Assembly: GCA_963772725.1 (NCBI GenBank) | Contig: CAVYYI010000003.1 | Location: 768,001-832,000 of the forward strand | Origin: an uncultured Phycisphaerales bacterium | GTDB taxonomy: Bacteria; Planctomycetota; Phycisphaerae; Sedimentisphaerales; Anaerobacaceae | DNA length: 64,000 bases | Direction of reading: 5' to 3' | Shown here: one piece after another, positions 54,801-64,000 of the stretch | Position numbering within the stretch: position 1 is the first letter of the stretch | Layout of the letters: each line of letters opens with the position of its first letter | The notes under the pieces: generated by a model | Told to the model about the DNA's origin: nothing | The model's input: only the letters and a program-made list of their open reading frames with translations | Databases searched by the model: none | Made by a program: the position numbers and the translations under genes

Positions 54801-57800
54801 GGTCGAGCGCGCAAACGCGGGTTGGAATATATGATAAGACCGGCCAACTGACTAAATAACTGACTATCAGACTCCATGGCTTGCAACTGGTGCAGCATAA
54901 CTTGACTGTGCGTCCAAGCCATTTCGAATACACGATCCGCCAAGTGGTGGTCATAATACTTGTCTAAAAGCAACAGGGCTTTTGAACGGTCTTGCCCAAC
55001 TCCCCAGATAGCATCCAGTGTAACGGATTGTCCCGGCCCAAGATGTATGCGACGCCGGACAGACATTACAGGATCCAGTACCGCACCGCAGGTGCCAGAC
55101 AGCGCACCTGGATTTTTCATGGCGGCAGCGTCAGCCGCTGTTCTGCATCTCCCTATAAAACGTGAACGGTCTGTCTCAAATGAAACCTCCTCAGATGGAA
55201 CAATATCATGAACGACCATCCCATGAAAGAATATGGGCCAGGATTCTTCGGGTGATTTGGGCCGCCGAATACAAAGAATTGCCGCCTTTTCCGGTACGAT
55301 TTCCGTCTGCACAAACAACCCGTGAAATGCGGGCTGTTCACATGCATCGATACCATTGAGAAGTACGACTTCTGCATAACTGGTAATTTCAAAATTTCGG
55401 CTGTGACCAGCAAGATTTGTAATCAACAAACGTCGCAATTCTATATCGTCTTCGGAAGAAACCGCTGCCCTCATCTGCACTTTTACTTTATTTCGTATAG
55501 ATTGAAACTCAACGGCGCCTTGAAAGAATGTGGCTTCATAATGGTCAAATTGTTGACATGTCGGCTGGGCAGTTACTGACCATGTGTCGCCTGTGTCGAT
55601 ATCGCTGAGGTATAAAAAAGTTCCCCAATGGTCCCGCGTAATGTCTTCCTGCCATCGCGTCAAAGACAGATTTTCCCATCGGCTGGAACCACTTCCTGCC
55701 GAGGTAATAAGAACATGGTAGCGGCCATTGGAAAGCAGATGCACATCGGGCACTGGCGAATCTGCTCGTGTGAATGAACGTGAAGCGATCTGAGCCGGTT
55801 CTGCCTGGCCGACAGTTTCAGGTTTCTCCGAAGCTATTCCAATTTTTGTTCTGACCTCGGTGACAGGTATTCGCTCCTGCAGCAACAATAAGAAAGCACT
55901 AATCCGCGGATCGCTCAAGAATCGCCGCTGCATAGGTTCACCCATGAGAGAATTGTCCATGGCAAGCAGACTCATCCCGCTATGATGGGCCATATAAGTT
56001 CGGACAATGGCAAAATTTCTTCTCTGCGGTACTCTGCTGCGAGTGTAATCGATAGCCTCATAAAAACCGTAGCGGCCGACGAACCCTTCATTGGCCATCT
56101 CTTGAAGATTTTGACAAGCGGTGAAAGGCTCAACCATTAGTGCCAGAGCCGCTGCGTATGGCGCTACCACAAGGTCGTCCTTCAATCCTCGTTTGAGACC
56201 AAGACCAGCGACGCCAAAGCCTCGATATTGATACACTTTCTGAACATCAATCTGATTGAAGCATGATTCTGAAAATCCCCACGGCGTACCATGGCTTAAT
56301 CCGTAATTTATCTGACGACGCACAGCTTCCCGACAGGATTCATAGAGCAGTGTCGCTTCATAAGTAGGCATCATTAATAACGGCATCAAATATTCAAACA
56401 TCGAGCCGCTCCAGGATACTAATACGTTAGCCTTGTCGCCGGGAACTAACTGACGCCCCAGACAAAACCAATGGTCCATAGGCAGTTGTCCCGTGGCCAC
56501 ACCCAGAAAGCTGCTAAGTCTGGCCTCTGAAGCCAACAGGTCATAGAAGCCTGGGTCTCGCTGGTGTGTGTCGCGATTGTAGCCGATCGACATTAATCTG
56601 GATGAAACATCATATAAAAAGCTCATGTCGATTTCAGACAATTCGCGACATTGATTCTGAAGATTTTCTAAGGCCGTTATGCGTTGAGTAGCTCGTGTTG
56701 CAGAAAGCTTAAGAATATTACAAGCTAAAGAAGATTCATAATTATTATCAGATTGTTCCGGCATTTCCGGCACATTGTTCATCAGAGTGCTAATCTTCAA
56801 ATTAGCCAAATCATGCAGGCAAGGAATCCTATCTGCAAAGGGCAATTTCTGTTGAGTTCTATGGACATCCCTGTCTAAATCGAGCCACGGCGCCAGATAA
56901 ATCAGGTCATTTCGCAGGTCTTCACACTGATTTCGCAATGCTTGAAACCAGAAATCCGGTTCACTGCTCGTACTGACAAGACTTTCAACCTCAGATAAAG
57001 CCGAAGCAAACAGGGTTAAGACTCGATATGTCCCCGACAAAGTGTCAGCTGCAAACCCAAGAGACTTAATCTGTTCGGCGGCTGTTTTTTGTAAGCGCCG
57101 AATACCGTTTGCATCCATCCCCTGCGGCGGATTTTTCAACGCCATACGTAGTTCATCCAGCAGGAGTTGAGCAGTATCTTCCAGCCCATTTCGCCATCCT
57201 TCTGGGAGGATAGGATGATAGACCAATTCCGCAAAACCAGCTCCGAGAGTTATCAGCGATCCTGATAAATTGCCGCTATCGGCGGTAGAAATATAACGGG
57301 GATGAAATGATTGAAGCGTTCGGGTGTCATACCAATTGTAGAAGTGTCCGTGATATCGGGGCAGTTCTTCCATTGTTTTAAATGTTAGGTCAGAGCGATC
57401 CATAAGCGTCTTTGCTGAGATATAGCCAAAGTCGCAGGCAGCCAAATTGCTAAGAAGAGCCATACCGATGTTTGTAGGTGAAGTTCGGTAAGCCTCACCG
57501 ATAAATGGGTCCTCCTGAAAATTATCCGGCGGCAGCCAGTGGTTTTCAGGCCCGACTAAATGTTCAAAAAATGCCCATGTACGCCGAGCTATTTTTCTAA
57601 GAAACAATTTCTGTTCATCGTTAAATTTTTGCTTTGAGGGTAAAATAGGTAAGCTAAACCACCAAACGATAACCGGTGAAGCAAACCAACCTGTTAGCAA
57701 AATAAAGATAGTCCCAACTGTCATATATCCGCTTGGAGGCTCGGACAGATATTGCCCCAAGTTTAAATTGTATGCAATTGGCGTAAATCTCGCTGCGACA

Positions 57801-60712
57801 AGCAGGGCTGCTATAAGTATGGCACTGGCGGGTGCGATCCACATAGTTCCAAAGATTCCCATCAGGTTATTTAAGACTTTTCCATCAGCGTCTGAGGCTG
57901 TCTGCCATTCAAGCAGATGCCGGTGGCTAATCATGAGTCGCCAAGTGGTCAACAGTATGGCTTTCAAATAAATTAAGGCGTTAAACGGTACAAGCAGCAA
58001 ATCGAGAAAGTCTATAGCCCAGAGACGCAATTCCTTTTGGACAGCGTGTGATATATGTGTGGACCAGTTCAAATACTTTGATTTGCCCGCTATTGCCTGT
58101 AGTGACTTCAACAGGTTAGGCAGAAAAAAGATTGCCACAAGCATCACTGTCCAGTTTATCGCGGAATCGGATATTCCAAACCATCCCAAGAGGAAAGCGA
58201 CTAACAAGGCTAATGGCACAAGCGTTCTCCTGAGGTTATCTATAATCATCCATTTGGCCAGCGAGTTGAGAGGGTTACGACAGAGTTTACCTTGCGGATC
58301 CGGCACCGTAGGCAAAAGCCATCTCGCAATCTGCCAATCCCCTCTCGCCCATCGAAATCTCCGGCTGACATCCGCTAAATACCGGCGGGGATGTTCTTCA
58401 AGTAATTCCATATCGTTTAAAAAACCGCATCTGGCATAACAGCCTTCAATCATATCATGGCTAAGAATCCGGTTTTCCGGAAAGCAGTTGCCGACAGTGG
58501 CATCAAACGCCTTGACGTCGTAAATACCTTTTCCCACAAATTGTGCTTGGCCAAACAAATCCTGGTACACATTTGAGACCTCACGAGTGTAAGGGTCAAG
58601 ACCAACGTCACCCGCAAATAACCGAACGAAAAGAGATTGCTGAGAATTGGGAAGACTTGTCGCCAATCTCGGTTGTAACATACCATAACCTTTATCTACA
58701 CAGCGGCGCTTCACATCAATCAGGGGACGGTTTAACGGATGTCCTATAGTTCCAGCCATCTTCCATGCAGATTGCGGAGGTAAAGCAGTGTCCGCATCGA
58801 GAACAATGACGTATTGGACATTACGTAAGCCCTGAATGTCACCTTCAATTACTGAGAATGGGTCAGTGATACCTTCCTCCACAAGTTGATTAAACTGTAT
58901 AAGCTTGCCGCGTTTGCGTTCATACCCCATCCAGCATTTTTCTTCAGGATTCCACAGGCGAGGCCGATGAAGAATATAGAAAACCGTCTGATTATCGGCA
59001 GTATATTTCAAGTTCAGCCTGCGGATGCCAACCAATGCCGCATCCAGCAACGCTTGATCTTCTGGCATAGTTTCTTCCGAAGCATCGGTGAAATCGGTAA
59101 GAAGAGCCATTACCATATTGGGACTTTTGTTGGCCAAATACCGGACTTCCAATTGCTCTAACAGTTTTTCTACGGTCCTAAGTGTAGATAAAAATGTAGG
59201 AACAACAACAGCAGTCCGGTGATCGGGAGGAATACCTTTGGAAAAATCCAGCTTAAGCATGGTTTGCGGAGGCAGTAAAATTGTTATAATCCAGTTGATT
59301 ATCGAAATAGCCGACCTTGAAATCACCAGTCCAACAGTAATAACCGCAAATAATAGCCACATCCAGTGTGGCCCAAAACCAACAACCCGGAATACACCGG
59401 CAGTAGCCAGGCATGTCAAAACTCCGAAAGATAACAGGTACACCAGCAATGCGTGCCGTTTTAAACTACGGCATAGTCGCCACCATAAACTCAACCTGCA
59501 GTGAATTCGCGACTCCAGTTCTGACCTGCCTTCATCGGTGAGAAAGTAGCTTACGGTCCTCTGACGATTTTCGGCATCTGGAGTGCGTGTTCGCTCTTGA
59601 GCCATGTTAATCGCAGCCTCGGCTACGGCTTCTTCTTCCATACCGCTAAACTTTGAAAGTTCTTCTACCTGATGACGGCAAATGTCACGGGAGCGGAAAT
59701 CCATTTGAGTATGAATATTTAGAGGGTCGCGACGCAAGATCGCTTCAACTCCACTGAGCGACTCAACAAAATCTTTCCAATCTATCGTGCTAAGCTTTCT
59801 TAAACTAGTGATGCTGTTGCCTATAGACGCGTTGTCGGCTGCCTGGTCATGACTTTCAGCCTGCTGAATTAATTCAAGAGTCTGCCCGTGTTCTGCCAGT
59901 TCCTGCTCGACCCAATTGATTACCAATCCCAGCGACTGGTGCCTGCCCTGCAGATCCGAAGTCAGTTCCGCCAGAAAGGGAGCAGACATAGGCGGATTAG
60001 AACGCACAAAATCAGACAGAACTGTAATTAAGGATTTCGGCTCCTTTTGAATTATCTCAATAAAACGCCCAGACCATTCCAGTGCCCAACTTCGATGTTG
60101 TCTCCGCCATGCTATGCGGTATGATACACGTCGCAGATTCTCAACAAGAGCCAGACCTATCATCAAAGGCATCGCCCACAGTTCCCCAAGTTTCAGCAGA
60201 CGAACAGACTGGTATGCCCGAAGAAAATTCGAGATATTCTCGATATCAACTCGTCCGTCTGTATGTGATACTAACTCCAATGCCAGATCGTACACGCGAG
60301 GAAATCCTTTTCTATGACCTGCCCCTAAGCGAGGAAGTTTCTGGCTATATTGGGGGGGGAAATTCAGGCGTATATGGTTTATCTGCTCCTCAATAAGGTA
60401 GTAATTGTCCAGCAGCCATTCCGCGCCTGCCGACAACGGACGACCTCTCCGAACGGCATTGGCAACGTCTTCGTATGATTTCCGAATGATCTCTTCATTT
60501 TCATCCAGCCGATGCAGCAGCAATTCCGAACTTGGCCGAAAATCCAAAATTTGTGTCGCGGCCAATGACCGCGCATGACTTTCCCGTTGGGTGCTGCTGA
60601 ACAATTCTTCACGAAGAGGGGGTTCTACATCATTCATCCCTTCGAACCGCGGAATCCCTTGGATGAGGGACATAAACCCTATCCATTGCTTGAGGTTTTG
60701 AAAAAAACGCAT
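51900..60712 (-). CDS. ndvB: Cyclic beta-1,2-glucan synthase (NdvB/ChvB/Cgs type), about 2940 aa, one frameshift near 54240
   Basis: EWLLDNYY, WMGYERKRGKL, LDADT, LSHD, RWARGDWQ, TSPTNIG, YDLLASEARL and WSGSMFEYLMP; GH94-like C-terminus YQSGGAFGFRDQLQD, GDWNDG and ENGGQYTH. Confidence 0.9.
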
Positions 60713-61106
60713 TTATAACATCCCTTAACGGTTGTTCCGCATCATCGTGGTCGGCAAAGTGCTTTCATACGAGACGTTGAAACACCCCCATAAAATATAA
60801 TCTTGTAAATTTTACTGCAAAAAATTGTACGAATTATTTTTCAATAACCACGGTTAATTCGAGAATTAATTTTTGTGGTCGAAAAACCTTCTATAAGCCC
60901 TCGTTTTCAAAAACTTTAGAAATATAGACGGTATATGCCTCAAACATACGACCTTCTACATACCAGCCCCATTTTATTGCACCAGTCATAGTAAGATTTT
61001 AGCTTATCCATATGACCAACGTCAATCATAATTTTTCTCTGATGACAGCTATTTTTACCTCTTTCGTACAACATTGAATTAATCATAGCTTATTGCTCTT
61101 GTCCCC

Positions 61107-61146
61107 TATATATAAAAAAGTTAAATTATTTTTCAGGAACGACTAT
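61107..61146. mobile_element. Orphan end of the IS5 element
   Basis: AAAAAAGTTAAATTATTTTTCAGGAACGACTA nearly matches 26917-26948. Confidence 0.75.
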
Positions 61147-61262
61147 ATACTTTCTGCTATTTTCAATAACTCTGTCTGTTTGTGCAGAAACATCCTGCAC
61201 ATACCTTGTTGCCATTTGTAAATCTGCATGGCCAAGAAGCCTTTGAACAGCAAGCCGGGCCA
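61126..61262 (-). pseudogene. C-terminal remnant of a tyrosine recombinase/integrase
   Basis: VQRLLGHADLQMATRY (LLGH...Y catalytic box). Confidence 0.75.
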
Positions 61263-61438
61263 GTTGACCGCTAATCCTCACTTCCGTAATCATCGTCGTG
61301 GTAGCAGGTAACTTCATCTACGGGTTTCCACCCGTAGAATTGCGACAGAATATTAAAAGCGACATTTGTCATTACGTCTTCTTTAATGAATTGGAACTTT
61401 ACCGAAAAATCAATCACACGGATGATGAAGTCCCTCGT

Positions 61439-61497
61439 TAATTGACAAGGCGTAATAATTGGAGTGCCTTTTCGACACGCAGGAGGTCATAGGTTCG
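61439..61497 (+). repeat. att-like repeat copy 2 (tRNA-Val fragment)
   Basis: TAATTGACAAG...ATAATTGGAGTGCCTTTTCGACACGCAGGAGGTCATAGGTTCG. Confidence 0.85.
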
Positions 61498-61705
61498 CGT
61501 ATCAAGCAGGTCTTCGGATACGAGAAAAAAACGAGTAATCGCATTGAGAGCAAAGAGGTTATATGCAGACATACCCTGTTTCCCACGCCGCAGGTTTATA
61601 CCGCACAAAAATAAATTGCCACTTGTTTGAATACCTTATATGATACAAGTGAAGACATAAATGTTATATTAAATTGTAAATCGCAAATTTTGTGTCGAAC
61701 AGGAT

Positions 61706-62776
61706 TTGGACAATGTCCAACTCGCGCTGAACCATTATAATACGACTATGAACAATAGGATTTCACAACCTGTGCTGGTGACGGGCGCCAGTGGTTTCAT
61801 CGGGTTGCACCTAGTGCGACGGCTGATCGAGCTTGGCTATCAGGTGTCATGTCTTGTGCGAGCCACCTCGTGCATCGACAAACTGAGGTCGACCGGCGCT
61901 CAGTTGGTCACTGGGGATGTGACCGATTGTGCCAGCATTGTACGGGCACTATCCTTGTCACAGGCCAGAATCGTATTCCATCTGGCCGGGCTGACGAAGG
62001 CGATGCGTAAAGACGATTTCATGCGTGTGAATGCAGGAGGTGTCGAATCCGTCACTGCCGCTTGTGCTGACCGTACTAACAAACCTGTATTGGTAGTGGT
62101 TTCCTCTTTGGCCGCAGCAGGGCCTTGCGTCGGTAGCCAGCCTTGGGTAGAAAGCGATACTCCGGCACCTGTTTCAGCTTACGGTTGCAGCAAGCTGGCC
62201 GGAGAACAGGCCGCAGCCAAGTATGCCGGACTTATGCCTATCAGTATCGTACGTCCGCCGATAGTCTTTGGCCCCGGTGACAGGAGCATGCTTAAAATAT
62301 TCCGTCCGATCGCACGCTGGGATATACACACCGTACCAGGTAGAGGTGAGCGACGCTTCTCGCTAATACACGTAGCAGACTTGGTCGAGGGTCTGCTCCT
62401 TGTAGCCGAGAAGGGCGAGCATCTACAACACAACGGATCGCCTGGGCAAGGCATCTACTTCATTGCAGTGGATGGCTATCCGACATATACCGAACTCGGA
62501 CAGGCAATAGCAATGGCATTGGGAAAGAAGCGCGAAACTGTGTTACACATACCTGAGCCACTAGTGAAATTGGCCGGGCTCTGCGGTGACGCGATGGGTC
62601 GGATCCGACGGCATCCCTGTTGGGTAAATAGTGACAAAATCACCGAAGCTTTGGCAGGGTCGTGGACATGCTCATCGGCCAAGGTACGCACACATCTGGG
62701 TTGGTCGCCTGCGGCTGCTTTGGCTAAACGTCTGCAAGAAACGGCCCAATGGTATCGCCATATAGAATGGCTCTGA
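61706..62776 (+). CDS. NAD-dependent epimerase/dehydratase (extended SDR), possible ceramide reductase
   Basis: TGASGFIG, HLAGLTKA, SSLAAAGP and YGCSK; start is likely ATG 61748. Confidence 0.8.
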   Translation: MDNVQLALNHYNTTMNNRISQPVLVTGASGFIGLHLVRRLIELGYQVSCLVRATSCIDKLRSTGAQLVTGDVTDCASIVRALSLSQARIVFHLAGLTKAMRKDDFMRVNAGGVESVTAACADRTNKPVLVVVSSLAAAGPCVGSQPWVESDTPAPVSAYGCSKLAGEQAAAKYAGLMPISIVRPPIVFGPGDRSMLKIFRPIARWDIHTVPGRGERRFSLIHVADLVEGLLLVAEKGEHLQHNGSPGQGIYFIAVDGYPTYTELGQAIAMALGKKRETVLHIPEPLVKLAGLCGDAMGRIRRHPCWVNSDKITEALAGSWTCSSAKVRTHLGWSPAAALAKRLQETAQWYRHIEWL

Positions 62777-62792
62777 TTTCGTGTGACCGATA

Positions 62793-63920
62793 TTAGAGTG
62801 TTGTGTCGTAAATCCGGTAGGTCTTAGTTCTCTTCGTACCAGCGCGTTCAAGGGTGCCGCGTGAACGGCTATTGCTCTCGAGCACCCACGATAATTCCCA
62901 ACGCTGGATGCCCCACTTCTTCGCCGGTCCCGTCAGGTTGTCGATCAACACCACACTCATTCCTGCATCTTGGTAGCCTGGCACCATCGTCATCGCCATG
63001 GCGCGAACCGTAGTGATTTTCCGTCGTCCGGTCATTAGTCGTATGAAGCCGAACGGAAACAATCTGCCGTTGAGCTTTTTTAAAATCTGGTTGTAGTCGA
63101 GCAGAGCAAATACCGCGCCTATCGGCCGGCCGTCGATCTCGGCAAACGCAGTGAACTGTGGCACGATAAAATGCTGAAGTTCGCTGGCGATATGGCGTGC
63201 CTCTCGCGGCTGCAAAGGTGTGAAGCCCCATGTGCCATCCAGCGAGCGATTGTAGATATCAATATATGCCTCTATTTCCTTCTGGATTCTGGAAGGATTG
63301 ATCGACCGGATCACCAAATCGGGTCGGTTAAGCATCGACAGTACTGCCGGCTTGTAGCGATCAACCAGTATCTGCAACAGTTTCATATCCATTTCATAGG
63401 CATACATGTCCTGTGCCTTGACGAACCCGCAGGCTTCCAGCAGTGCCGCATAATAAGACCGATTGTAGGTCATCAGGAAGCAAGGGGAGCAATCGAAACC
63501 ATCGACGAGCAACCCACATGTATAATTGAGAGACGGATTTGTCGGCCCACGCATTGCCGTCATCCCTCGCTGACGCAGCCAATCCTGACCGGCTTCGAAT
63601 AATTTTTGGGCAACAACCACATCGTCGACACACTCGAAGAATCCGAAGAACCCTCGCCTTTCGTTATACTTTAGGTTGTGAACATGGTTGATCAATACAG
63701 CCAGCCGTCCGACTGCCTGGCCATCGCGTTCTGCCAGCAGCGTCACTATCTGGGCATTGTCGAAGAAAGGGTGATGCCCCCAACCCAGCAGTTGTCGCTC
63801 CTGCGTAAGGATAGGCGGTACCCAGTTGTGGTCATCAGTGTAGATGGACCAAGGAAGGCGCTGAAAACGCCGACGATCTCGCCACGATGCCACCGGCCTG
63901 ACTACAACTTGATTACTCAT
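62793..63920 (-). CDS. Double-GNAT acyltransferase (YghO/bacterial ceramide synthase-like)
   Basis: LPWSIY..D.NWVPP, GFFGFFEC, RGPTNPSLN, GLLVDGF, WGFTPL and ELSWVLESN. Confidence 0.7.
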   Translation of the reverse strand: MSNQVVVRPVASWRDRRRFQRLPWSIYTDDHNWVPPILTQERQLLGWGHHPFFDNAQIVTLLAERDGQAVGRLAVLINHVHNLKYNERRGFFGFFECVDDVVVAQKLFEAGQDWLRQRGMTAMRGPTNPSLNYTCGLLVDGFDCSPCFLMTYNRSYYAALLEACGFVKAQDMYAYEMDMKLLQILVDRYKPAVLSMLNRPDLVIRSINPSRIQKEIEAYIDIYNRSLDGTWGFTPLQPREARHIASELQHFIVPQFTAFAEIDGRPIGAVFALLDYNQILKKLNGRLFPFGFIRLMTGRRKITTVRAMAMTMVPGYQDAGMSVVLIDNLTGPAKKWGIQRWELSWVLESNSRSRGTLERAGTKRTKTYRIYDTTL

Positions 63921-64000
63921 TAATTTCTATCCATATTTCGCGGTGATTACACTTATTTATTTTTGCCACAGGTACGCTTACTTTGACACGTTGTAAGCAC

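Overview
64-kb bacterial chromosome segment. Gene content (TsaC-YwlE fusion, ThiE with N-terminal extension, PilZ proteins, TMTC-like TPR protein, SelA/SelB) suggests an anaerobic Planctomycetota such as Phycisphaerae; this is inference only. About a dozen conserved genes carry small frameshifts, which points to an error-prone long-read assembly rather than true pseudogenes. Core genes: rpiB, tsaC fusion, znuABC, glgP, thiE, parB with two parS sites, uvrA, mtnA, selAB, panB and tRNA-Val. Four complete IS elements (IS66, IS982, IS5, IS3) have readable ends and target duplications. Most interesting observations: (1) an AT-rich operon encoding a small protein, a GHKL/MORC-like ATPase, an unknown protein, a DUF6339-like protein and Vsr, convergent on a C5 DNA methyltransferase, with no recognisable restriction nuclease, a candidate undescribed defence system; (2) an nhaA-I-like (Li+/Na+) riboswitch candidate in front of a SAM methyltransferase; (3) a sigma-54-driven, GGA-rich candidate sRNA split by IS982, plus a second candidate sRNA carrying the complementary CCUCCUCC; (4) a decayed tRNA-Val island carrying a cyclic beta-1,2-glucan synthase, followed by bCerS/CerR-like ceramide genes. 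All family calls come from motif recognition; no searches were run.
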